Numbered from the stretch's first letter, positions 35,913 to 45,916 are shown. The stretch is DNA of 64,000 bases from a candidate division WOR-1 bacterium RIFCSPHIGHO2_01_FULL_53_15 (GCA_001772335.1 METM01000020.1:17795-81794), one strand, 5' to 3'. Notes: generated from the letters alone by a model not told the origin. Numbers and translations: made by a program.

Positions 35913-36720
35913 CAGGTTTTATTTTTTTCCTCACGCGCGAGATCAAGCCGCGCAGGCCGCCCGGCTCTTTTCTCTCTCCCTTGTGCGCCGGGTGGGCCGG
36001 GGCGCCACCCTTCTCCTCAAGCTTCATGCTCTTGAGCGCCATGGCCGCCGCTCTCTGCTCGGCCTCTTTTTTGTTGCCGCCGCGGCCGAGGCCGTATTTC
36101 TTCCCCCGCACCCTGACCTCGATCCAGAAAACGCGCCGGTGCTTGGGGCCGGTCTCTTTGATGACGCGGTAGTGCGGCAGCTGCTGTTTGTGCTTCTGCG
36201 CGTATTCCTGGAGCGCCGATTTATAGTCGCGGATATAGCCGGCGCGCGAGACCGTCTCGATCTCCTCCCTCAGCCGGTCGATGATGAGGTCGCGGGCCTT
36301 GCCGAGGCCGGCGTCAAGATAGAGCGCGCCGATCAGCGCTTCAAAAGTGTTGGCGAGGTTAGATTTCCGGCGCTGGCCGCCGCTCCGCTTTTCGTTCCCG
36401 GAGAGAAGAAGCATGTCGCCGAGGCCAAGTTTGCCGCCGACCCGGGCGAAGGTCTCGTCGGAGATGACCGTCGCCCTGATCTTGGTCAGGTCGCCTTCGG
36501 CGAGAGCGGGGAATTTGTTGTAGAGGTATTCAGTGGCGGCGAGCTTCAAAACGGCGTCGCCCAGGAACTCCAGACGCTCGTTGTCGGGAAGCCCCCTTTC
36601 GTGGCCGTAAGAGCTGTGGGTCAGCGATTGGTTGAGCAGATTGATGTTCAGGAAGGTGACCCCGAGCTTGACTTGGAAATCGTGCAGTTCTTTTTCGCGT
36701 TCGGGTGAGAGCGGTTCCAT
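35893..36720 (-). CDS. rnc: Ribonuclease III
   Basis: It has the ERLEFLGDAVL signature and a dsRBD. The C-terminal tail is Lys-rich. Confidence 0.85.
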   Translation of the reverse strand: MEPLSPEREKELHDFQVKLGVTFLNINLLNQSLTHSSYGHERGLPDNERLEFLGDAVLKLAATEYLYNKFPALAEGDLTKIRATVISDETFARVGGKLGLGDMLLLSGNEKRSGGQRRKSNLANTFEALIGALYLDAGLGKARDLIIDRLREEIETVSRAGYIRDYKSALQEYAQKHKQQLPHYRVIKETGPKHRRVFWIEVRVRGKKYGLGRGGNKKEAEQRAAAMALKSMKLEEKGGAPAHPAHKGERKEPGGLRGLISRVRKKIKPDEKHTD

Positions 36721-36775
36721 TTGACATTATATTTTACATTAATTATAATCGCTTATCAAGGCAGTTGGAGGTATT

Positions 36776-37693
36776 ATGACAATTCTATCCCCGGTCATGA
36801 GCTATATCGTTGACAAAGAGGTCGGCTTCCCCATCCCGTCCGAAAAAGAAAAGATTAACCGGCTCCTGCGCCGCTACCGCAATATCTTGAGCCAGCACTC
36901 CAGGCGCTCCGACGCCCCCGAGATCATGTTCGGTATCGCTGATCTTCTGGTCGGCCGTGGCGAGCTGGGCGACCACGCCGAAGCGATGAAGATCTACGAC
37001 CAGATCCTCCTGCGCAACCCGCCGGAATACCTCAAGGCGCGCGCCCTCATCGGCAAGGCGGAGCTCTTGATCGGCGTGCCGCAGGACTTCGGCAACGCGA
37101 TCTCCCTCTGCGAAAAGGCCCGCAGCATCCTGGGCAACAACGTCTCCGATTTTTTCGCGGCCAAGACCTTCATCGTCGAGGCCGAACTGCGGCTGGCCCG
37201 CCGCGACAAGGGCGACTGGGCGAGAGCGCTCGAGCTGATCAATGCTGTCGTCAAGGAGAAGAACGCCCACTGGTATTTCCGCGGCCGGGCGCTCCTCTCA
37301 AAATCCGAGATCATCCTCTACCGCAATCCGGACGATCTCGCGCCGGCGCTCAAGACCGTCGATTTCTCGCTGAAAGAAATGGCCTCGCGCCCCGACGACT
37401 ATTTCACGAACAAGGGCAAGATCGTCAAGGCCGAGATTCTGACCCGCCGGGTCAAAAAAGGCGACTTCCAGAAAGCCGAAAAACTGCTGACCGAGGTCAT
37501 CAAGATGTCGCTCAATTACCGCGACCTGATCGCGCGCGCCAAGCTTGATCTGGCCGATATCGCGGCGCACCCGAAGGCGCAAAAACTGCTCAAAGAGGTC
37601 CACGAGATGGAAGGGCTTGACCCCTACCTGATCGAAAAAGCCAGTTTGATCGAAGCAGCTCTCAAGAAGAGAAAGAAGCCGGGCGGTTTTTAA
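36776..37693 (+). CDS. Hypothetical TPR-like helical repeat protein
   Basis: The prediction is a repetitive alpha-helical protein. I recognise no catalytic motif. Confidence 0.4.
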   Translation: MTILSPVMSYIVDKEVGFPIPSEKEKINRLLRRYRNILSQHSRRSDAPEIMFGIADLLVGRGELGDHAEAMKIYDQILLRNPPEYLKARALIGKAELLIGVPQDFGNAISLCEKARSILGNNVSDFFAAKTFIVEAELRLARRDKGDWARALELINAVVKEKNAHWYFRGRALLSKSEIILYRNPDDLAPALKTVDFSLKEMASRPDDYFTNKGKIVKAEILTRRVKKGDFQKAEKLLTEVIKMSLNYRDLIARAKLDLADIAAHPKAQKLLKEVHEMEGLDPYLIEKASLIEAALKKRKKPGGF

Positions 37694-37739
37694 TTCGCCC
37701 CTCCACTAAAGGGGAAAAGAACTAAAGGACAAGGCGCAA

Positions 37740-38837
37740 TTATTTGTCCTCGGCGACGCGGAAGCCAACGAAGTCGAGGCGATCCTTGGGAAGAGCGGCG
37801 CTCCGGTACGCGCTCCGCAAATTGCCGGAATCTTCGTCTTCCCACGACCCGCCACGAATAGCTCTCAATATGCCAGTTTCAGGTCCCTTAGGATCAATCA
37901 AATCTTCAGAATCATACAGGTCATGCCAATCCGCTCTCCATTCCCCAACATTGCCAGAGAGGCCCATAACGCCGAAAAAAAGGCTGGCTCCATCAGGATG
38001 AGCATCTACGGGACTCGTCCTATCGGTATTGAAAGTCACCCTTGAAAGATCAAGTTTGTTGCCCCAGGGATATATTAACCCTACATGTCCTCTTGCCGCG
38101 TACTCGCCTTCGGCTTCGGTCAGCAGCCGTCGCCCGTGCCATAGGGAAAAATTATTGGCATCATCATAGTCAACGCCAACAACTGGATTCTTCGGCTGAT
38201 CTTTTCCAAATTTTTCGTCTTCCCAATATTCCGGCGCGCGATAGCCGGTTTGCCCCATGTATATTCCATATTGTTCATTGGTAACCTCATATTTACCACT
38301 CCTGAAAGCGGAGATTGTCGCTTCCCTCACCGGCTGTTCGGTTGAATCTTCCGTGCTGCCCATCGGGAATTTCCCGGCCGGGATATTAACCGTCTCCAGC
38401 TCGATTTCCGGCATCTGCCATTCCAGCAAAGAAGCGATATCCGATATCTTCACAATAGATAACTTCCCTGCCCTCTCTTTGATCTGACTGCCAAATAATG
38501 CGGTGACATTGGTTATATGCGGCGCGATGACCTGGCCCAAAAGCGCTTTTCGCTTCGCGGCATCAGTAGTCGCCTCAAGCAATTGGCCGGCTTTATTCAG
38601 CCATTCACCGCTCATACTGGCGCGGGCCAGCACCGCTGACGGGAACAACTTCGTTTGTTTGCCCCAAGCTTCGCGCCTGGCCGCGTTGACGCCTAAATAT
38701 TTATTAAACACACCGATACCGGCGGCCTGCTTTACTTTTAATTCGCCGGTCATCACCGCATGGGCGTGAAGCATCGCCCCCGCCAGCATCCGTCCCGAAA
38801 CATTCCCTTTTACCAATAATTGATTTGCCATATTCAT
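37740..38837 (-). CDS. FGE-sulfatase (SUMF1/EgtB-like) domain protein with an uncharacterised ~135 aa N-terminal domain
   Basis: The C-terminal region (YRAPEYWEDE, LSGNVGEWRADW, RGGSW) is typical of the formylglycine-generating enzyme fold. There is no signal peptide. Confidence 0.6.
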   Translation of the reverse strand: MNMANQLLVKGNVSGRMLAGAMLHAHAVMTGELKVKQAAGIGVFNKYLGVNAARREAWGKQTKLFPSAVLARASMSGEWLNKAGQLLEATTDAAKRKALLGQVIAPHITNVTALFGSQIKERAGKLSIVKISDIASLLEWQMPEIELETVNIPAGKFPMGSTEDSTEQPVREATISAFRSGKYEVTNEQYGIYMGQTGYRAPEYWEDEKFGKDQPKNPVVGVDYDDANNFSLWHGRRLLTEAEGEYAARGHVGLIYPWGNKLDLSRVTFNTDRTSPVDAHPDGASLFFGVMGLSGNVGEWRADWHDLYDSEDLIDPKGPETGILRAIRGGSWEDEDSGNLRSAYRSAALPKDRLDFVGFRVAEDK

Positions 38838-38947
38838 CTTCCTCCCGTTTACTATAACCCGAATTCTTGGTACAATTGTTTATCGGCAGGGGTTCCTAGA
38901 AATTTCAGGGGATTTTGGGAAATTGCGGGATTAGGGGGGATCGAAGA

Positions 38948-39286
38948 ATGATTGGAAAGCTGAACGAAATTGAAGAAAAGGCGGTTAAGGAATTTACTCA
39001 TGAATTAAGATCCTTTGCCGGTAGAAGCGTTAAACAGGTCTTGTTGTTCGGCTCAAAAGCCAGGGGCGATTTCAATAAAGAATCCGATCTTGATTTATTT
39101 GTGCTTGTCGGGCAAGCCGATCGCGATTTAAGGCGCAAAGCCGCGCAGATCGTAAATGAAATCCTGCTTAAATACGGCGTTTTGATCTCGCCGAGATTAA
39201 TTCCCGAAATCCGCTATGCTTTCCAAAAACGCCTGGAAACCGGTTTTATAAAAAATGTTGAACGGGACGGCATAGAGATTGAATAA
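38948..39286 (+). CDS. Nucleotidyltransferase (MNT-like) antitoxin component
   Basis: It has the LLFGSKARGDFNKESDLDLFVLV Pol-beta NTase motif. The RBS is AGGGGGGA. Confidence 0.7.
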   Translation: MIGKLNEIEEKAVKEFTHELRSFAGRSVKQVLLFGSKARGDFNKESDLDLFVLVGQADRDLRRKAAQIVNEILLKYGVLISPRLIPEIRYAFQKRLETGFIKNVERDGIEIE

Positions 39287-39686
39287 AGAAACCTTAAAAG
39301 AAAAGATCCGCCTTGAGTTGGAAAGAGGGGATGAATCGCTGAAAAGCGCCGGGCTGAATTTAAGGGAAGCGCTGTTTGACGAGTCAGTTTCCAGCGCTTA
39401 TTACGCGATGTTTCATTCGATCAAAGCCGTTTTATTGACCATCGGACAAGAGCCGGCCACTCATCAGGGGGTTGTCGCCCTTTTTGGCCTGCACTTTATT
39501 AAGCCCGGGCTGATCGAAAAAGAATACAACGCTCTTTTTATCGAGGCCAAAGATGACAGGGAAGACAGTGATTACGATGTCACTAGAAAATTTATCAAAG
39601 CCGAGGCTGAAGAGCGGCTTTTAGCGGCGCAAAAACTTGTTTCCCGAATTCATAAATATTTATCTGAAAAAGATTTTATCAGTTAA
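39279..39686 (+). CDS. HEPN-domain toxin component
   Basis: It shows an all-alpha HEPN pattern (SAYYAMFHSIKAVLL). It overlaps MNT by 8 nt. Confidence 0.65.
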   Translation: MNKETLKEKIRLELERGDESLKSAGLNLREALFDESVSSAYYAMFHSIKAVLLTIGQEPATHQGVVALFGLHFIKPGLIEKEYNALFIEAKDDREDSDYDVTRKFIKAEAEERLLAAQKLVSRIHKYLSEKDFIS

Positions 39687-39692
39687 TAGATC

Positions 39693-40946
39693 ATGGGCAA
39701 AACTATCGCCGAAAAAATACTCTCGAGCCACTCCGGCCGCGACGCCAAAGCGGGAGACATTGTCATTGCCGATCTCGACTTCATGATCGGCCAGGATGGA
39801 ACATCGGGCGTCGCCATCGATTCTTTCCGCAAGATGAACGCCAAGAAGGTCTTTGACCCGAAGAAGATAGCCATCATTATTGACCACAGCTCCCCCTCCC
39901 CCAACGAAGGAGTTTCAGCAATCCATAAAAAGATCCGCGAGTTCTCTAAAGAACAAGGCATCTCTCTCTACGACATCGGCTGCGGCGTCTGCCACCAGAT
40001 CACGCCGGAGCAGGGCCACGTCGTGCCGGGCGATCTGGCCATCGGCGCCGACTCGCACACCTGCACCTACGGCGCCATCAATGTCTTTTCGACCGGCATC
40101 GGCTCGACCGATCTGGCCGCCGGCATGATCTCGGGCAAGCTCTGGTTCAAGGCCCCCGAAACGCTGAAGGTCGTCTTCAAAGGCAATTTCCCTAAAGGCG
40201 TCTATTCGAAAGACCTGATCTTGAACTTTATCGGCAAGATCGGCGCCGACGGCGCGACTTATCTGGCGCTCGAATTTTACGGCGATGTCATCAAGGCGAT
40301 GTCGGTCGACGCCCGCATGACCATCTCCAACATGGCGATCGAGTGCGGCGCTAAGGTCGGCATCATGGAGGCAGACGAGAAAACCCTCGCCTACGAAAAA
40401 CTGCACGCGACGAGGAAGCCCAACCCCGTCTCGGCCGACAAGGACGCTGTCTATAAAGAGGTTATTGAGATCGACATCACAAAGCTCGAGCCGCAGATCG
40501 CCAAGCCCCACACCGTTGACAACGTCTCACCGATCTCGCAAGTCCTCGGCACGCCGATCCAACAGGCCTATATTGGCACCTGCACCAACGGCCGACTCGA
40601 GGATTTCCAGATCGCGGCGAAAATGCTTAAGGGGAAGAAAGTCCATAAGGACTGCCGCCTGATCATCGCCCCTGCGTCAAAGGAAATAATGCTCGATATG
40701 ATCAATGACGGGACCTATCAGACGCTCATTGAAGCCGGCGCGGTCGGCGTCACCCCCGGCTGCGGGCCTTGCGTCGGCACCCACAACGGCGTCCCCTCCG
40801 ACGGCGAGAACGTCATCTCTTCCGCCAACCGCAACTTCAAAGGCCGCATGGGCAATCCCAACGCTTTTATCTATCTGGCCTCGCCGGCCACGGTGGCGGC
40901 TTCGATGCTTGAGGGAAAGATCGCCGACCCGAGGAAATATTTATGA
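39693..40946 (+). CDS. leuC: 3-isopropylmalate/homoaconitate dehydratase large subunit (archaeal-type, 417 aa)
   Basis: It has the aconitase-family Fe-S ligands (CTNGRLED, CGPCVG). Confidence 0.8.
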   Translation: MGKTIAEKILSSHSGRDAKAGDIVIADLDFMIGQDGTSGVAIDSFRKMNAKKVFDPKKIAIIIDHSSPSPNEGVSAIHKKIREFSKEQGISLYDIGCGVCHQITPEQGHVVPGDLAIGADSHTCTYGAINVFSTGIGSTDLAAGMISGKLWFKAPETLKVVFKGNFPKGVYSKDLILNFIGKIGADGATYLALEFYGDVIKAMSVDARMTISNMAIECGAKVGIMEADEKTLAYEKLHATRKPNPVSADKDAVYKEVIEIDITKLEPQIAKPHTVDNVSPISQVLGTPIQQAYIGTCTNGRLEDFQIAAKMLKGKKVHKDCRLIIAPASKEIMLDMINDGTYQTLIEAGAVGVTPGCGPCVGTHNGVPSDGENVISSANRNFKGRMGNPNAFIYLASPATVAASMLEGKIADPRKYL

Positions 40947-41452
40947 AACTGAACGGAAAAGCCCGCCTGCCGCAGAATAAGATCATTAACGACATCAATA
41001 CCGATTATGTCATTTCAGGAAGATACAAGTTTAAGATCCAGGACCCCAACGAGCTGGCCAAGCACGTGATGGAAGACCTTGACCCCGAATTTTACAGCCG
41101 TTTGCAGAAAGGCGATTTTCTCGTCGCCGGACGCAACTTCGGCTGCGGCTCCTCGCGTGAGCAGGCGCCGATGGCGATCAAATACGCCAACATTTCGGCT
41201 GTCCTGGCTAAATCGTTCGCCCGCATCTTCTATCGCAATTGCTTCAACCTGGGCCTCCCCGCCATCGAGGTCGATACCGACCAGATCAACGAGGGAGATG
41301 AGCTGGAGGTCGACCTCGACAACGGCGTCATCCGGAATAAGACAAAAAATACGGAGTTAAAGATCGCTCCCCTGCCAAAAACCATGCAGATCCTCCTGGC
41401 CGACGGCGGCCTGGTCGAGCACTTTAAAAAATACGGTGGATTCAAAGTTTAA
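40943..41452 (+). CDS. leuD: 3-isopropylmalate dehydratase small subunit
   Basis: It has the aconitase swivel domain (GRNFGCGSSREQAP). Confidence 0.8.
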   Translation: MKLNGKARLPQNKIINDINTDYVISGRYKFKIQDPNELAKHVMEDLDPEFYSRLQKGDFLVAGRNFGCGSSREQAPMAIKYANISAVLAKSFARIFYRNCFNLGLPAIEVDTDQINEGDELEVDLDNGVIRNKTKNTELKIAPLPKTMQILLADGGLVEHFKKYGGFKV

Positions 41453-41843
41453 ACCGATCGACCATCCCTCGGATGTCGGCATCATTGCCTACGGCAAATC
41501 CCGCGAAGAGATCTTCGCCAACGCCGCCTACGGCATGTTCTCGTTGATGGCCGACCTCAATACCGTGAGCCCCGATCAGGCGCTTAACGTCAAGGTCGAA
41601 GCTGATGACCTGGATGAATTGCTGGTCAACTGGCTCAATGAACTGCTTTTTATCGAGGAAACGAAAAAACTGCTCTGCAAAGAATTCAAGGTCAAAAAGC
41701 TGACCGATAAATTGCTTGAGGCGGAGGTGGCCGGCGAAGAGATTGATCCTGCCCGGCACACGCTCTATTCGGCCCTCAAGGCCGCCACCTACAACCAATT
41801 GCAGATCAAGCCAGACCAAGCTATAATTATTTTCGATGTCTGA
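41436..41843 (+). CDS. Archease
   Basis: It has the DHPSDVGIIAYG motif (archease HTADVG-like). It is 135 aa. Confidence 0.55.
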   Translation: MDSKFKPIDHPSDVGIIAYGKSREEIFANAAYGMFSLMADLNTVSPDQALNVKVEADDLDELLVNWLNELLFIEETKKLLCKEFKVKKLTDKLLEAEVAGEEIDPARHTLYSALKAATYNQLQIKPDQAIIIFDV

Positions 41844-42267
41844 CTTAATTATCACCGGCAATCTCCTGCTCGCCTTCCTGCTCGGGGGCTTGATCGGCTG
41901 GTTCAGGGAAAAAGAAGGCCGGGCCGCCGGCATGCGCACCCATATCCTCGTTGCCCTCGGCGCCGCTCTCTTCATGACCGCTTCGATCCAGCTGGCGGCC
42001 GCTCACGCGGGAGCTGATCCGGCCCGGCTGGCTGCCGGGGTCGTGACCGGCATCGGCTTTATCGGCGCTGGCTGTATTCTGCAGACCGGGAGCGGCGTGC
42101 GCGGTATTACGACCGCCGCTTCGATCTTTATCACCTCCGCGGTTGGTCTCTCCGCCGGCGCCGGTTTCTATCTCTCCGCGATCACCGGCGCAGTTCTGAC
42201 GGTCGTCGCGCTCGAGGTCATCCGCGAAGTCGAGATCCGCATCATCAAAACCAAGCCGCGGGAATAA
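41836..42267 (+). CDS. mgtC: MgtC/SapB-family membrane protein
   Basis: The N-terminal LLGGLIGWFRE...GMRTHILVALGAALF fits this family. Confidence 0.6.
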   Translation: MSDLIITGNLLLAFLLGGLIGWFREKEGRAAGMRTHILVALGAALFMTASIQLAAAHAGADPARLAAGVVTGIGFIGAGCILQTGSGVRGITTAASIFITSAVGLSAGAGFYLSAITGAVLTVVALEVIREVEIRIIKTKPRE

Positions 42268-42268
42268 G

Positions 42269-42970
42269 ATGAATATCCGCGGCTTCATTGAAACTTCGTT
42301 CCTCGACTGGGACGGCAAGATCAGTTCCGTCGTCTTTTTGCCCTACTGCAACTTCAAGTGCCCGTTCTGCGACAACGGCCTGCTGATCGAAAACCCCGAG
42401 GCCGACCTGCCGGAGGTAAAACTCGAGGCCGTTGACGATTTTATCAAGCGGAGGAAGGATTTTATCGACGGGATCGTCATCAGCGGCGGCGAGCCGACCA
42501 TCCATCCCTGGCTGACCGACCTGATCAGGCACTTTAAAGAAAAGGGAATGCTGGTAAAACTCGACACCAACGGCGCCAGTCCAAACCAACTAACAAACTT
42601 ACTAACCAGCAAACTAATCGACTACATCGCCATGGACATCAAAGCGCCGTTCAATGATAAATACCACGCGGCCGCCGGGCAGAAGATCGATCTCGGCAAA
42701 GTCAGAGAGAGCGTAAAATTAATAATGAATTCCGGGCTCGACTATGAGTTCCGGACGACGGTCGTGCCAACCATTCTTGACGAGCCGGAGATCGAAGCGA
42801 TGGCGCGCTCGATCGCCGGCGCCAAGAAATACGCCCTCCAGCAGTTCGTCCCCGATCACACGCTGGATGAAAGGTTAAGAATGATTGCCCCCCACCCTAA
42901 AGAAAAGATATTGAAAATGGCCGAGATCGCCAAAAAGCACATCGCCAACACCATTGTCCGCGGCGTTTGA
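42269..42970 (+). CDS. Radical-SAM activating enzyme, NrdG-like (anaerobic RNR activase family)
   Basis: It has CNFKCPFCDN (CX3CX2C) and the DGIVISGGEP glycine-rich SAM motif. It is 233 aa. Confidence 0.5.
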   Translation: MNIRGFIETSFLDWDGKISSVVFLPYCNFKCPFCDNGLLIENPEADLPEVKLEAVDDFIKRRKDFIDGIVISGGEPTIHPWLTDLIRHFKEKGMLVKLDTNGASPNQLTNLLTSKLIDYIAMDIKAPFNDKYHAAAGQKIDLGKVRESVKLIMNSGLDYEFRTTVVPTILDEPEIEAMARSIAGAKKYALQQFVPDHTLDERLRMIAPHPKEKILKMAEIAKKHIANTIVRGV

Positions 42971-42988
42971 TTTTGCTATAATACATAT

Positions 42989-43666
42989 ATGTTTTATGAT
43001 CCGACGTTCATTCTTTTGATCCCGGCGTTGCTGCTGGCTTTCTACGCCCAGTGGAAGGTCAAGAGCACCTATGCAAAATATTCCGAGGTTGCCTGTTCAA
43101 GGGGCTACACCGGCGCGCAAGTGGCCCGCTATATTCTCGACGACTTTCGCCTGCAAGATATCGCGATTGAATCAACGCCAGGTGAATTGAGCGACCATTA
43201 TGATCCAAGAGACCGGAAGCTTCGTCTCTCACAGAGAGTTTATGAGAGTAATTCGGTCGCCGCGATCGGCGTCGCCGCCCACGAAGCCGGCCACGCCATC
43301 CAGGACGCCAAGTCCTATGTCCCGCTGAAACTGAGGAACGGCCTTGTCCCGATGACGAATCTCGGCACCACCATGGCTTTCCCGCTCTTTATCCTGGGCA
43401 TGTTCGCCGGCCTGCCCCAGTTGATGGACATCGGGATCGTTCTTTTCTCGCTGGCGGTCGTCTTCTCGGTCGTCACCCTGCCGGTCGAATTCAACGCCAG
43501 CTCCCGGGCGATCAGGGTGCTGGCGGACGGGAATTTCCTGACCGAAAAAGAACTGCCGATGGCCAGGGCCGTCCTCAACGCCGCGGCCTTAACCTATGTG
43601 GCGGCCACGACGATGGCCGTCCTCAACCTGGCCCGTCTGCTGATCATGCGCCAGCAGAGAGATTAG
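42989..43666 (+). CDS. Membrane zinc metallopeptidase (YpfJ/neutral zinc metallopeptidase family)
   Basis: It has HEAGHAIQ (HExxH) and TM segments. Confidence 0.65.
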   Translation: MFYDPTFILLIPALLLAFYAQWKVKSTYAKYSEVACSRGYTGAQVARYILDDFRLQDIAIESTPGELSDHYDPRDRKLRLSQRVYESNSVAAIGVAAHEAGHAIQDAKSYVPLKLRNGLVPMTNLGTTMAFPLFILGMFAGLPQLMDIGIVLFSLAVVFSVVTLPVEFNASSRAIRVLADGNFLTEKELPMARAVLNAAALTYVAATTMAVLNLARLLIMRQQRD

Positions 43667-44562
43667 TGCGCTCGATCGTCCTCCTCGGCCCCACCGCCGT
43701 CGGCAAGACCAAGCTCTCCATCGAACTCGCCAAGGAACTGAACGGCGAAATAATCTCCGCCGATTCGATGCAGGTCTACCGCGGCCTGGACATCGGCACC
43801 GCGAAGCCAACCATGGAAGAGCGGCAAGGCATTCCGCATCACTTGATCGACATTCATAATCCCGATGAAGAGTGGACGGTCTCTGACTTCGTCGAAGAAA
43901 GTCAAAAGTTAAAAGTTAAAATTCAAAATAAAGGTAAATTACCAATTATTGTTGGCGGAACTGGACTCTATCTCTGGTCGCTGCTTGAAGGATTTGCCTT
44001 TCCGATCAGTCCGGCGGATAAAGAGTTGAGGGGACGACTGGAAGAGCTTCCTACCACTACGCTCTACGCTCAACTATCTGCTAGCGATCCGAAAGCCGCC
44101 GAAAAGATTCACGCCAATGATAAGAAGCGGATAATTCGGGCTTTGGAAGTCTTTGAGTTGACGGGGAAACCAATATCAGAATTGCAAGAAAGCCGAAAGC
44201 CGGAAGCAGAAAGCAGAACACGGAATTATACGCTGATCGGGATCAACCTCACCCGAGAAGAACTCTATGAGCGGATCAACGCGCGCATCGACAACATGAT
44301 AGCCCAAGGGTTGATCGGGGAAGTCGAAGGTTTGCTGGCCAAAGGCTATTCCAAGAGCTTAAATTCGTTCCAGGCGCTGGGCTATAAGGAAGTCGTCGAG
44401 TATCTGGACGGCAAGTGGGACAAAGAACAGATGGTCGAAGAGCTAAAAAAACGCACCCGCAATTTCGCCCGCCGCCAGCTAACCTGGTTCCGTCGCTTCA
44501 AGGATGTTAAGTGGTTCCGGCCCGAGGAAAAAGATGCTATAATTGAGTCATGCCAAGGTTAA
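43666..44562 (+). CDS. miaA: tRNA dimethylallyltransferase
   Basis: It has the GPTAVGKT P-loop and the ADSMQVYRGLDIGTAKP motif. Confidence 0.85.
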   Translation: MRSIVLLGPTAVGKTKLSIELAKELNGEIISADSMQVYRGLDIGTAKPTMEERQGIPHHLIDIHNPDEEWTVSDFVEESQKLKVKIQNKGKLPIIVGGTGLYLWSLLEGFAFPISPADKELRGRLEELPTTTLYAQLSASDPKAAEKIHANDKKRIIRALEVFELTGKPISELQESRKPEAESRTRNYTLIGINLTREELYERINARIDNMIAQGLIGEVEGLLAKGYSKSLNSFQALGYKEVVEYLDGKWDKEQMVEELKKRTRNFARRQLTWFRRFKDVKWFRPEEKDAIIESCQG

Positions 44563-44651
44563 GAAAACAGGAAATAAAACGGCGCCAAAAAAGACGAAAA
44601 GAAGTCCTGCGCAAAAAAGGCCTGCTGAAAAAAACGCCGCCAACCTCCCGC

Positions 44652-45854
44652 TCAGCGTCGGCTTAGCTTAGCCACCGCTTCCACGTGCTCCGTCTGCGGG
44701 AACATGTCGACCGGCTGGATCAAATCTATCTTATAATTCCCCGCCAGGGCCTTGAGGTCCCGCGCCAGCGTCTCGGGATTGCATGAGACGTAGATCACTT
44801 TTCGGGCGCCTGATCTTACGACCGATTCCAGCGCTTTCGCCGAACAGCCGCCGCGCGGCGGATCAAGCACGACCACATCGGCCACTTTGGGGAAGACTTT
44901 TTCGATCAACCCGGCCTTCATTGTGATATTGACCATGCTGTTCAATTTAATGTTCTCGTTGGCGTCTTTGACCGCTTCCTCGCGCTCCTCGATGCCGATC
45001 ACGCTCTCGGCTTTGCCCGCCAGCCAGAAGGCGATCGTGCCGATCCCGGCGTAGGCGTCCACGACCACTTCGCCGCCGGCCAGGTCCGCGTACTGCCTGA
45101 CCAGATCGTAGATCTTTTCGGCCTGGACCGGATTAACCTGGAAAAAAGACGGCAGATGGACATGAAAATTATATTTGCCCAGTCGCTCATGCATAAACGA
45201 ACTGCCGAAGAGCTTAGTATTGTGCTGGCCCAGGATCAGATTGCCACGGTTGGTGTTAACATTCTGGACAATCCCCACGATCCTTGGCCTCTTGGTCAGT
45301 TTCGGATAATCATCGTGGCGGGTTGCCAGCCGATGCATCAGCCGCTCCTGTTTTTTGATCTCATCAGCCACGGTAAAGCCGGCGGGCAGTCCCCGCTGGT
45401 TGATCACGATCCCCAATAGTATCTCGTTGGTCCGGAAGCCGCTGCGGCCGATAAAGTGGCGCAGGAGGCCCTGGCCGGTCTTTTCATCATAGGCGGAAAG
45501 CTCCCGCTCCTCAAATATCCCCCTGGCGATCTGCGCGATCTCGGTCAGAAATGGGTCCTGGATGTAGCACTCTTTGATGTTGACGACTTCGTGCGTCTTT
45601 GCCTTAAAGTAGCCCATCTGCAAATGATTGTTCTGGGAGCGGATCGGGAATTGGATCTTGTTACGGTAAAACCAGGGATCTTTCATGCCCAGGGTCGGCT
45701 TAACTTCTATCCCTCCTACTCCCTTCTCCTCCATCTGCTCCCTGACCATCCCTGTCTTCAGATCAAGTTGGTCTTCGTAGGCGAGGTGCTGGAGCTGGCA
45801 GCCACCGCAGGTCCCGAAATAGGGACAGCGGGGTTTGACATGCTTATTGGTCAT
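44652..45854 (-). CDS. rlmD: 23S rRNA (uracil-5)-methyltransferase, RlmD/RumA family
   Basis: It has the N-terminal Cys cluster CPYFGTCGGCQ. The SAM-MTase motifs are DAYAGIGT and DPPRGG. The catalytic motif is SCNP. Confidence 0.8.
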   Translation of the reverse strand: MTNKHVKPRCPYFGTCGGCQLQHLAYEDQLDLKTGMVREQMEEKGVGGIEVKPTLGMKDPWFYRNKIQFPIRSQNNHLQMGYFKAKTHEVVNIKECYIQDPFLTEIAQIARGIFEERELSAYDEKTGQGLLRHFIGRSGFRTNEILLGIVINQRGLPAGFTVADEIKKQERLMHRLATRHDDYPKLTKRPRIVGIVQNVNTNRGNLILGQHNTKLFGSSFMHERLGKYNFHVHLPSFFQVNPVQAEKIYDLVRQYADLAGGEVVVDAYAGIGTIAFWLAGKAESVIGIEEREEAVKDANENIKLNSMVNITMKAGLIEKVFPKVADVVVLDPPRGGCSAKALESVVRSGARKVIYVSCNPETLARDLKALAGNYKIDLIQPVDMFPQTEHVEAVAKLSRR

Positions 45855-45916
45855 AATGACATCTTATCATGTTTTTTAGTTTCGTAGGTCAGGGGGCGGC
45901 CGGATACGAGCTGAAA

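Noticed and set aside
35155-36708. 517-aa plus-strand ORF, the longest unexplained ORF in the window
   Set aside because: It is entirely antisense to pyrC and rnc. It has extreme Ala/Ser/Arg/Pro bias and no start context. This is a GC-rich antisense artefact.
44563-44651. Lys-rich in-frame-looking sequence after the miaA stop, considered as a readthrough extension or terminator
   Set aside because: It follows a clean TAA stop. No convincing GC-rich hairpin or U-tract is found. It is just the convergent intergenic spacer between miaA and rlmD.
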